A stretch of 13,213 nucleotides of DNA from Thermodesulfobacteriota bacterium (GCA_049320885.1 JBMORA010000040.1:1-13213); one strand, 5' to 3'; counted from the first letter of the stretch, positions 1 to 8,800 are shown. Translations and numbers: made by a program. Notes: a model not told the origin generated them from the letters alone.

Positions 1-369
1 GTAACGACCTATGAAAAGGAAATTCTCGGTCTGATATTTCGCATCGCCGAGAAAGTCGTCATGGGGCAGGTCCGAAGCGACAGCGAGACCGTCAAGCGGT
101 CCATTCTGAAGGCCTTCGAGATCATACCGGAACCCAAGGACGTCACCATCAAAGTCCATCCGGACGATTACGAATATATCGAACTGATCAAAGAAGATAT
201 TTTCGTGCGGATCAAGGAGCTGAGGCAGGTGGAGTTGGTTGCCGACCATTCCGTCAAGCGCGGCGGCTGTGTCATCGAGACCCGTTCCGGAAACGTCGTC
301 GTGGATATCGAGAAACGGCTTGAAAGCGTCCAGGCCAGCATGATGGAAGCAAACCGTATCAGAGGGTAA
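1..369 (+). CDS. fliH: Flagellar assembly protein FliH, C-terminal part (5' end outside window)
   Basis: The frame is open from base 1 (VTTYEKEILGLIFRIAEKVV...). It has the FliH/SctL-type C-terminal features 'VTIKVHPDD' and 'ADHSVKRGGCVIETRSG' and ends 2 nt before fliI. Confidence 0.9.
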   Translation, partial: VTTYEKEILGLIFRIAEKVVMGQVRSDSETVKRSILKAFEIIPEPKDVTIKVHPDDYEYIELIKEDIFVRIKELRQVELVADHSVKRGGCVIETRSGNVVVDIEKRLESVQASMMEANRIRG

Positions 370-371
370 CC

Positions 372-1694
372 ATGGGATCGGATTTCCTGATCGACTGGCA
401 GGCATATGAATCGGCCGTGGACGCTTGTGACGGGATTTGCCTCGAAGGCAGAATCACCCAGCTGGTGGGCCTCATCGCCGAAGGGCATGGCCTGGGGATG
501 AGCATCGGAAGCCTGTGCACCATTGAAAATGAATATGGGAAAGGAACCATGGCCCAGGTGGTCGGCTTCCGGGATGATCGCGTGCTGCTGATGCCCTATG
601 GCGACACCTTGGGAATCAAACCCGGCAGCCGCATCCTGTTCCTGGACAACAATCCGAAAGTGGACGTGGGCAATGCCTTCATCGGCAGGGTGATTAATGG
701 AATGGGGTTGCCCATCGACGGGGGCGGTGACATCCCGGCGGATGATCAATATCCCCTGTATGGCACCAGAATCAATCCCATGGATCGCCAGCCGATCCGT
801 GAAATGATGGATGTGGGTATTGCGGCGATCAACCTGATGATACCCCTGGGCCGGGGGCAACGGGTGGCCATCATGTCCGGTTCCGGCGTGGGCAAGAGTG
901 TGCTGATGGGCATGATGACCCGCCATTCCACAGCGGATGTGATCATTATCGGATTGATCGGCGAGCGCGGCCGTGAAATCAAGGAAGTGATGGAAAAGGA
1001 TCTGGGGCCGGAGGGCATGAAGCGGGCCGTCGTAGTGGCGGCGACTTCCGATTCGCCGCCCCTCGTGCGCATGCGCGGCGCCTATCTGGCGACAACACTG
1101 GCGGAGTATTTCCGTGACCAGGGAAAAAACGTCCTCCTGATAATGGATTCCATCACCCGATTTGCCATGTCTTCCCGTGATGTAGGCCTGGCGGCCGGTG
1201 AGCCGCCCACCACGCGAGGGTATACGCCTTCTTTCTTCGTCCAGATCCCGGTCCTGCTGGAAAGAGCCGGCAGTATCCGCGGGAAGGGCAGTATAACCGG
1301 AATTTATACGGTCCTGGTGGAAGGCGACGATCTCAATGATCCGGTGGGCGATACGGTCCGTTCGATCGTCGACGGACACATTGTACTGTCGCGCAAGCTC
1401 GCCAATCGCGGGCATTATCCGGCCATCGATGTGTTGGAAAGCGTCAGCAGGGTCATGCGGGACGTGGTGCCCAAGGGACATATCGAACTGCGGGCCAAGG
1501 CCATTGACGCGCTGGCCACTTACCGGGAGGCCGAGGACATGGTTTCCATCGGCGCCTATGTGGCCGGATCGGATGCGCGCATTGACCATGCGATTCAGAT
1601 CGTTCCCAAAATCAACGCGCTGATGCGGCAGGACGTGGACTTGAAGATGCCCTATGAAGCCGGGATGAAAAAACTCCAGGGCATTATCCGCTGA
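372..1694 (+). CDS. fliI: Flagellum-specific export ATPase FliI (440 aa)
   Basis: Walker A GSGVGKS, 'GERGRE', Walker B 'LLIMDSITRFAM', 'GEPPTTRGY', 'LLERAG', 'GSITGIYTVLVEGDD' and 'YPAIDVLESVSR'. It lies between fliH and fliJ. Confidence 0.97.
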   Translation: MGSDFLIDWQAYESAVDACDGICLEGRITQLVGLIAEGHGLGMSIGSLCTIENEYGKGTMAQVVGFRDDRVLLMPYGDTLGIKPGSRILFLDNNPKVDVGNAFIGRVINGMGLPIDGGGDIPADDQYPLYGTRINPMDRQPIREMMDVGIAAINLMIPLGRGQRVAIMSGSGVGKSVLMGMMTRHSTADVIIIGLIGERGREIKEVMEKDLGPEGMKRAVVVAATSDSPPLVRMRGAYLATTLAEYFRDQGKNVLLIMDSITRFAMSSRDVGLAAGEPPTTRGYTPSFFVQIPVLLERAGSIRGKGSITGIYTVLVEGDDLNDPVGDTVRSIVDGHIVLSRKLANRGHYPAIDVLESVSRVMRDVVPKGHIELRAKAIDALATYREAEDMVSIGAYVAGSDARIDHAIQIVPKINALMRQDVDLKMPYEAGMKKLQGIIR

Positions 1695-1771
1695 CCGCTG
1701 AGCGAAGCCGTCCGGTTCCCCGGCGTTCTGGCCCGGCCATCCCTGACGGAGAACAGTAAAGGAATTTGTCC

Positions 1772-2221
1772 ATGAAACGATTCCGTTTCCGGCTGGAACC
1801 CCTGTTGCGCTACCGGGAATTCAAGGAAAGGCAAGCGCAGCAGAAGCTGTTCCAGGCCCAGACCGATTTGGCCGAAAGCGAAAGGCGCATTCTGAGAGGC
1901 AGTGAACTTTTTTCCGAGTCGACCCGGCAGTTGGATGAAAAGACCGGCGCCGGTATCACCATGGCGGAATACCGTCTGCATCGGGGGTATCTCAGCGGCA
2001 TTGAGCGGGCGCTGGATATGGAGCGCCGCCGCCGATTGAAATTGATCCAGACCAAGGAAAAGAGACAGCAGGAATTGGCCCAGAAATCCAAGGAAAAAAA
2101 ACTGCTGGAAAAGTTGCGGGACCGGAAAAAAGAAGATTACTATCAGGATGTGGCTGAATATCTGCAGAAGGAAATCGATGATATGGTCACGGTGCGAAAA
2201 GCCCGCGAAATCGTTGAATGA
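1772..2221 (+). CDS. fliJ: Flagellar export chaperone FliJ (~149 aa)
   Basis: N-terminal 'F.FRLEPLL.YR', charged coiled-coil composition and C-terminal 'QKEIDD'. ATG 1772 is preferred over TTG 1766 because AGGA (1760-1763) lies 8 nt upstream. It follows fliI. Confidence 0.92.
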   Translation: MKRFRFRLEPLLRYREFKERQAQQKLFQAQTDLAESERRILRGSELFSESTRQLDEKTGAGITMAEYRLHRGYLSGIERALDMERRRRLKLIQTKEKRQQELAQKSKEKKLLEKLRDRKKEDYYQDVAEYLQKEIDDMVTVRKAREIVE

Positions 2222-2928
2222 GGACGCCAATGTCGGCAACAATGAAATGTCTTCTTTCCATCCTGGTTCTTGTGAAAGCCGTGCTCGTCATTCAACTGGC
2301 GCCGGACGTGACGGACATCGCCGGCCGCCTTTGGGGTGATCCGCCGGCTTTCGGCGAGGAAGGCCAAAAATCCGCGAAGACCCTTGGGAAGGCGGAAGAG
2401 AAAACAGCCGGAGATACCGGGACGGAGACGGAGGCCCCCATGCCGGATAGCGTTTCGGCTGTGCCGGAAAAGACCACGGCGGCGGATGAAGTCAAGATCA
2501 CTCTGGAGAGCCTGGAGCAGAAGCGTCTGGAAATTCAAGCCGCTGAAACACGTCTGGCGGAAGAACGGGCGAAGCTGGAAACCTTGAAGCAGGAAATCGC
2601 GGCCGAAATCGAATCCCTGGCCAGAAAGAATCAGGAATTGGAGGAAAAATTGGGCGCCGTGGAAAGCAAGGATGCGAGCACCGCCCGCAGTCAACAGGAA
2701 GCCGAAGAGAAAAAGCTGAAACAGCTGGTAAAGGTATATTCGAACATGAAGCCCAAGGAAGCCGCGCCGATCATCGATAAGCTGGATATTGAAGTGGCGG
2801 AAAAAATTTTCCTGCGCATGAAGGGTGAACTGGCCGGTCAGATTCTGGCGTATGTGAATGAGGATCGCGCCGCCAGAATCAGTGAACGCTTGGCGGCTGA
2901 AAACAAAAAACAGAAGAAAACCCCTTAA
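2218..2928 (+). CDS. MotE/YlxF/FlbB-like flagellar protein (N-terminal membrane anchor, coiled coil, MgtE_N-like C-terminal domain)
   Basis: Hydrophobic N-terminus, a long E/K-rich coiled coil, and C-terminal 'LVKVYSNMKPKEAAPII...MKGELAGQILA'. There is an ATGA overlap with the fliJ stop. It occupies the fliJ-X-fliK position held by ylxF in Bacillus and flbB in spirochetes. Confidence 0.75.
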   Translation: MRTPMSATMKCLLSILVLVKAVLVIQLAPDVTDIAGRLWGDPPAFGEEGQKSAKTLGKAEEKTAGDTGTETEAPMPDSVSAVPEKTTAADEVKITLESLEQKRLEIQAAETRLAEERAKLETLKQEIAAEIESLARKNQELEEKLGAVESKDASTARSQQEAEEKKLKQLVKVYSNMKPKEAAPIIDKLDIEVAEKIFLRMKGELAGQILAYVNEDRAARISERLAAENKKQKKTP

Positions 2929-3132
2929 GCTTTTCATCCATCCCCGTTCCCTATCCCCACCCATGCCGTCCACGGCAACCCGTTTCCCGCCGTATAGGGC
3001 CGGTTGCGAAATCCATTGCATCCATTTCCTGTTTTGCGACCATGACCGAATCCCTTCCATAGGCAATATTTTCCTTTCTGCCACCAGGTTCCCGGAAAGA
3101 AATTCGTTCCAGCCCGGCGCGGTCGGTTTCGG

Positions 3133-3161
3133 ATTATTTAAAATATATCATAACTATTCAA
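3133..3161 (-). promoter_or_regulatory. Possible sigma-70-type promoter firing leftward, divergent from the fliK promoter
   Basis: Minus strand TTGAAT (3161-3156), 17-nt spacer, AATAAT (3138-3133). It lies in an AT-rich tract, so a chance match is quite possible. Confidence 0.25.
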
Positions 3162-3191
3162 AAATATTACATATAATAAGTTTATGGGAGG

Positions 3192-3208
3192 TTGGCATGG
3201 TCATTGCT
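3192..3208 (+). promoter_or_regulatory. Sigma-54 (-24/-12) promoter for fliK-flgD-flgE
   Basis: TTGGCATGGTCATTGCT matches TGGCAC-N5-TTGC with exact GG-N10-GC spacing. It is 87 nt upstream of the fliK ATG and is preceded by an AT-rich tract (3133-3185), where an IHF/bending region would be expected. Confidence 0.8.
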
Positions 3209-3295
3209 GGAAAACGAATCAGAAAGATCCGCGAATGGCTGAATCACGGATACAGGTGAAATGAACAAACACCAGTCACTTCATACGGGATCAAT

Positions 3296-4996
3296 ATGAT
3301 ACAGCAATCCTTCCTGTTCAATATGATGTCCGGTTCCGGGGCTTTCCCCGTGTCCAATATCCTGAAGGTGCCGGGAGGCGCGGGACAGATACTGCCTTCG
3401 AAATCCGGTCTTGCCGCCAATAGGGCCGGGTTCGCCGGTGTCTTGGCCCGGGTCTGTTCCCGTGGTCATGCCGACAACGACATGGGGCTGGAAGCCGGCA
3501 ACGGCCTCGGCGTCGTTGATACCTTCCGGCAGCTGTTGCTGGCCAAGGGGGGCAACCTCGAAGAGCTTCAGGTGGATGAAAAAGGCTTGAGCGCTTTCAA
3601 AAAAATTTTGGTCGGCGCCGGCTATAATCCCGAAAAAGTAGCGGAGTTGTACAGCGGATGGCGGACGGGGGTGGGCGGCTCCGGTATAACGGCTGCGGAA
3701 TTGTTCGCCAAGGTGAATCAGCTGGACGAACGGGACGCCGGTGGGGACAAGACCCTGGACATGGCCTTGCTGCCATTTTTGCAGGTGATCCTGTCAAAAT
3801 TCGGGGTGGATCAGGAACAGATCGACACCACCATATCCGAAAGCACCATTGCGGGCGAGGGAATCAGCCTGCAGCGGCTGGTGGGCAAGCTCCGCAGCAT
3901 CGCCAAACCGGCGGACGCAGTCAAACCGGGAAATCCTGCCCGAGAACCCGGTGAAGTTGAAAAACTGATGACCGCCATGGAGCTGGAATGTGGCGCGGAA
4001 GGCGGGGATGGGGCAATCGACCTCAACACCTTTATTGCCGCCCTGGAGAGAAAACTGCGTTCCGGCGTCGGTAAGGAAAAAGCCGACATGACCCTGGCGG
4101 AGGCTGCCGAACGCTTATTCGGCGGCATCACCAACGGAGCTGCTTCCATGGAGTCTACTTCCGAAGAGACCATCCGGAAAATTCTTCCGAACCGGATGAT
4201 CGACAACGAGAAAAAAGCCTTGGGCGCCCATAAGGCCGCGGAAGTGAAATCAGCCCATATGCAGACGATAGAACCCGGCAGAACGGCTTCCCTGGCGGAC
4301 CAGGGAAAGGAATTCCGAAAATTGGCGGCGGAACAGATGCTGTCCGGAGACAATATACAGAATGAGTTATCGGGAGATGAGCTGGCGGATATGCAAAAGA
4401 TCGGGAGGATGATCAGCGCCGAGTTCGGTGAGGATATGGGGAAACAAAAGGAAGACCGGCACGCCGGCGACATGGCATCCTACGGCGAGGGGTTGAAACA
4501 ATCCGGGAGAACCGGAGCCGCTTTTTCCGCCACTGCCCCCGGTTCCACCGCTAAAACGCTTCCGGTTTATGTCCTCAACCAGGTCAGCCGTCAGATCGTG
4601 CGGTCGGTTCGGGAAAGCGACAACGAGATCCATCTTCAATTGAAACCACCGCAATTGGGTCGGCTCCACATCAGCCTGGAAAGCGGCCAGGACGGCCTGA
4701 GGGTCAGCATCGTCACGGAGCAGCAGACTACCCGTGAGATCCTGGTTTCCCATCTGGAGGAAATGCGGACGGTTCTGCTGGAGCAGGGGATCCGGCTCGA
4801 AAAGATCGATGTCCAGATCACTTTCAATTTTGATCAGCACATGGCCCAGACCCGGGAAGACGCCCGGCAGTCAGCCGACAGAAAGAACTCCGGTTTCCAG
4901 ATGCCCGGAGATGAGGCGAAGAGCGGCGCCGCCGTTGAAGAACTTGCCGCTTTGAGGCCGCGACAGCCCAGCGGTCTTCTGGATCTGGTTGTTTAA
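3296..4996 (+). CDS. fliK: Flagellar hook-length control protein FliK (566 aa)
   Basis: C-terminal hook-length-control domain 'EIHLQLKPPQLGRLHISL...LRVSIVTE...REILVSHLEEMRTVLLEQGI' and terminal 'LLDLVV'. It lies immediately upstream of flgD. Confidence 0.92.
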   Translation: MIQQSFLFNMMSGSGAFPVSNILKVPGGAGQILPSKSGLAANRAGFAGVLARVCSRGHADNDMGLEAGNGLGVVDTFRQLLLAKGGNLEELQVDEKGLSAFKKILVGAGYNPEKVAELYSGWRTGVGGSGITAAELFAKVNQLDERDAGGDKTLDMALLPFLQVILSKFGVDQEQIDTTISESTIAGEGISLQRLVGKLRSIAKPADAVKPGNPAREPGEVEKLMTAMELECGAEGGDGAIDLNTFIAALERKLRSGVGKEKADMTLAEAAERLFGGITNGAASMESTSEETIRKILPNRMIDNEKKALGAHKAAEVKSAHMQTIEPGRTASLADQGKEFRKLAAEQMLSGDNIQNELSGDELADMQKIGRMISAEFGEDMGKQKEDRHAGDMASYGEGLKQSGRTGAAFSATAPGSTAKTLPVYVLNQVSRQIVRSVRESDNEIHLQLKPPQLGRLHISLESGQDGLRVSIVTEQQTTREILVSHLEEMRTVLLEQGIRLEKIDVQITFNFDQHMAQTREDARQSADRKNSGFQMPGDEAKSGAAVEELAALRPRQPSGLLDLVV

Positions 4997-5040
4997 TATT
5001 GAAGCGAACCGATAACCATCCAACTACAAGAGAGCAGGCC

Positions 5041-5760
5041 ATGACCACAGTTCAGTCAAATTACGGCAGTTCTTCCGTGAACACCCTTCTGACGGGACAT
5101 ACCAAGGAAGCGGAGGAGAAGAAGGATCCGTTGGGGCGAGAAGCCTTCCTGAACATGCTGATTGCGCAGCTGAAGCACCAGGATCCCCTGAATCCGCTGG
5201 AGGGCACGGATTTCACGGCCCAACTGGCGCAATTCTCCATGCTGGAGCAGCAATTCAACACCAACGACAATCTGGAAGCGCTGTTGCAGTCGATGAGCGC
5301 CAAGCGCGAGGACAACCTGATCGAGTATATCGGCAAGGAGGTCTCCGGAACAGCGGAGACCATGGTTCTCAAAGGCGGGAAGGCCTCGGGCGGCATGTAT
5401 ACCATGGAGGAGCAGGCCGAGGTTTCCATCAGTATTTTCAATTCCGAGGGCCGGGAAGTCCGCACGCTGTATGCCGGACAGAAAGGCGCCGGTAGCCATC
5501 AAATCCAATGGGACGGGACGGATAACGACGGCCAGACCCTCGCAGACGGAACCTACACGTATGAGGTTACGGCCCTCGATGCCATCGGCGGTTTCGTCCC
5601 GGTGAAAACCTCCGTCATCGGCGAGGTCACCGGTGTCACCTACGAAAACGGCACGGCTTATCTGGAAGTCGGCGACAAACTGCTCGATCCCGTAACGGTG
5701 AGGCATGTCTGGAAGCCGGCGCAGTCCGGAGCCGATGCCGGCCAGCAAGATGCGGGGTAA
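5041..5760 (+). CDS. flgD: Flagellar hook capping protein FlgD (~239 aa)
   Basis: 'FLNMLIAQLKHQDPLNP...FTAQLAQFSMLEQ' and the Ig-like segment 'WDGTDNDGQTLADGTYTYEV'. ATG 5041, after a purine-rich stretch, is preferred over TTG 4999. Confidence 0.95.
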   Translation: MTTVQSNYGSSSVNTLLTGHTKEAEEKKDPLGREAFLNMLIAQLKHQDPLNPLEGTDFTAQLAQFSMLEQQFNTNDNLEALLQSMSAKREDNLIEYIGKEVSGTAETMVLKGGKASGGMYTMEEQAEVSISIFNSEGREVRTLYAGQKGAGSHQIQWDGTDNDGQTLADGTYTYEVTALDAIGGFVPVKTSVIGEVTGVTYENGTAYLEVGDKLLDPVTVRHVWKPAQSGADAGQQDAG

Positions 5761-5872
5761 GCACAAAGCAGTTTCGAGTCCGGAAACGGGGATCGTGAGC
5801 CGGTTATGACAACCGGCGGGCGCGCAAACCGGCAAGCCCGGCAACGGGCCAATCAATGAAAGGGAGTTTTCC

Positions 5873-8800
5873 ATGTCTTTGACCAGTTCTTTGTATTCAG
5901 GCATCAGCGGCATGACCAATCTGGGAAATGCCATGCAGGTGATCGGCGATAACATCGCCAACGTCAACACCACCGGTTTCAAAGGCAGCCGGTATGTATT
6001 CCAGGACCTGCTCAGCCAGTCCATCGCCACTCAGGCCGGCACAGCCCAGGTGGGCCGCGGCATGGCCCTGGGGGATGTTTCGGCCGTTTTCCAGCAGGGC
6101 TCTTTCGAATCCACCGGCAATACCACGGATCTGGCCATCGGCGGGGAGGGTTTTTTCGTTTTGCGGGAAGACGCCAGCGAGCAGCTTTTCTACACGCGGG
6201 CCGGCAATTTCCGCTTCGACAAGGAGGGCGTGCTGACGAATCCGGAAGGTTATGTGGCCCAGGGATGGAAGCTGGACGACAACGGCGACGACATCGGCTC
6301 GGTGACGGACATCATGTTGATGTCTTTCACCTCCCCTCCCACCATGAGCGAGCACATGACCATCATCACCAACCTGAACTCCAATGCCACCAGCCTGACG
6401 TCGGTGCTGCCGAATTCCTGGGACGCCACGGCCACCACGCCCATCGATACCTCCAATTATCATTACCAGACCGTGGTAAAAGTTTACGATTCCCTGGGCA
6501 GCACCCATGACGTTACGGTGTATTATGACAAGAAGTCCGGTTCCGAGTGGGAATACATGATCACCTGCAATCCCGCCGAGGACAAACGCAATCTGGTCCA
6601 GGATACGGCCGGCGCCGGGCTTCTGGCCCGGGGAACGATCACTTTTTCCGACAGCAGCGGCACCATCTCGGACATGACCATGGAACGCTTCACCGGCCGG
6701 ATTGGCAATGTCATCACCAGCGGCGCCATCAATGCGGAGAACACCACCTTCACCATCAACAACTATGACGCTTTGCCTCTCGACGGCTACAGCTTCAGCC
6801 TCGAATTCGATGGCACCTCATGGTCGTTCGAGGACACTGCCCCTCCCGCGGGTGTGATCACCGCGGCGGATCTGCCGGATAACTACCCCAGCGCCAGCAT
6901 CATCAGCGGCGACGCCAACACCATCCGCCTGAATCTGGACGGCGACGCGGATCGAACCGTGGATCTGACCATTACCTTTGCCAATCCTGCCCAGGCCACC
7001 GATTCCCTGCAGTTCGACATCAACAATCCGAACAATATTCATATTCAGAACGTGGTCAACAGCCGCTACATTGGTGATACAGCCAATGACAACACCACCC
7101 TGGAGATCCAGAATCCCAATGTATTGACCATCGATTCCACGGATTTGCGCATCAACTGGGACGCCAGTGCGGAAGAATGGTACTGGAGCATGCCCATGCT
7201 GCAGAACATCACCAACATAGATACCGGCAATCTAACGCCGGCCGCCCTTATCGCGGTCGAGAATGTCACCAATCCCGAAGTTATGACGAGTTTCTCTGAA
7301 AACGTCAATCTGTGGTATGATGTGACGGCCGGTGAATGGAATTTCGTTTCTCCCTTTGCCCGCGAGCTTTCCAATCTTAGTTATTCCGGCGGGATCAACC
7401 AGGGCAACACTACGTCCGTCATCAGTGACCCGGCGGTCCTGACCGAGCGGGTGGAGGATCTGCGGCTGTACTGGGACAATATCGTGGGCGTCACCAATCT
7501 CGGTTTCAGCAATGCCAGCGGCACCGGCGTGATCACCGCGGCCAACACCACCATGACCGTCACCCAGGAAGAAAACATGGTCCGGGATTCATCCATTGTG
7601 TACACCCTCGAATACAACGGCGCCCTGGACACCTGGAATTACGTGGCCGGAGCGGACCCGGTGGTGGACTATGCCGGCCGGGTGGCGCCTGCCTGGAACA
7701 CGGCCACCAACACCTTGTCCCTGGATTTGACCGGTGACGGCGAGGACATCCGGTTCGCGTTCGCGGCCAATCCCACACCGGCCCAGAACGGGGATCGCGT
7801 TTCCTTCCGGATCGATGCCGACGGTACCTGGTACTGGGGCATGCCGTCCATTACCGGGCCCACCTATGGCGGCGGAATAAGCGGCAACAACACCATGATG
7901 GACATTGCCGATGTTCTTTCCGGCGGCGGCCCGCTGACGGATTCCAGCGTGACCTACAATCTGGTGTTCACCAGCGCCACCAACACCTGGTCCTGGGGCG
8001 CCAATTCACCGTCCGGCAGCGGCGACTATGCCGCCGACGCCTTCATCACCAACGATGAAAACCAGGTTTCCATCGACCTGGACGGCGACGGCACGGCGGA
8101 AATTTCCTATACCTTCATGACGCCGCTCACCGCCGATGGGACCCTCGATTTCGGCATCGACGCCTGGGGCGCCCCTCCGGCCCAATATGCCGGTGCCAAT
8201 ATCATGAGCACCTCCGGCCCGGATGTGTTGAGTCTGGACATGACCGGCAACGGCAGCGCCGATGTCACCTTCACCTTCCAGTCGCCGCTTTCTTCCGACG
8301 GCTCCATCCTTTTCGACATCGACACCTTTGTCCCGCCCTTTGAATACCCGGATGCGGCCATTGATCCGGCCCTGTCCAACGCCAATGCCGTATATCTCGA
8401 TTTAAACGGCGACGGCGTCAATGACGTGGATTTCAGCTTCGAGGACGCCGGCGGAACCCCCCAGGCCCTCACCGCCAACGGCGTTTTTGAATTCGACGTC
8501 GACCCGCGGGTGCCGCCCACCGAATACCCCTATGCCACCCTGAGCGGCGACCGGGAGTCGGTTTCCATTGATATGAACAATGATGATGAAGACGATATCA
8601 CCTTTACCTTCCTGACGCCTCTTCCCACCGGCATCAATGTCAACGACAGCGCCATCACCTTCGACATCGAAGGCTCCACAGCCTGGACGGAAGTGGACAC
8701 GAATACCAGCGGTTATTTTGAATTCCTGGCGGATTTCCTGGGCGGAGAGGAAGGCGCCACCCAGATGAACATTGAATTCGACATCGGCACCCGGGATGAC

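Noticed and set aside
168..1589. 473-aa antisense ORF over fliI, and similar long shadow ORFs at 2143-3084 (-), 5056-6030 (-) and 10950-12197 (+)
   Set aside because: They overlap well-supported genes on the opposite strand and have no recognisable motifs. Such ORFs are expected from codon bias in GC-rich coding DNA.
1688..1701. Tandem CCGCTGA-CCGCTGA at the fliI stop codon
   Set aside because: Only a 7-bp duplication with no associated mobile-element ends; compatible with chance or slippage.
2858..3259. 133-aa ORF spanning the motE-fliK gap
   Set aside because: Atypical composition, overlaps the upstream gene and runs through the sigma-54 promoter and AT-rich tract. The region is better explained as regulatory.
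5761..5872. Possible c-di-GMP-I (GEMM) riboswitch before flgE, suggested by GCAAACC and a GNRA hairpin
   Set aside because: The order and spacing do not fit the P1 GNRA stem followed by GACGCAAAGC and P2. An Rfam search would be needed to exclude it formally.
6320..6575. Spirochete-type lysinoalanine cross-link site in FlgE
   Set aside because: The position equivalent to the catalytic Cys-Asn (ACNL in Treponema) reads ITNL here, with no Lys upstream. The only CN dipeptide (6566-6571) is at a non-equivalent position.
6701..8671. Intein, mobile element or nucleotide-level repeat array as the explanation for the flgE insert; recurrent NTT as N-glycosylation sequons
   Set aside because: There is no intein C/S...HN signature, transposase or terminal repeat, and the repeats are visible only at protein level. 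Hook subunits exit through the flagellar channel, so periplasmic N-glycosylation is unlikely.
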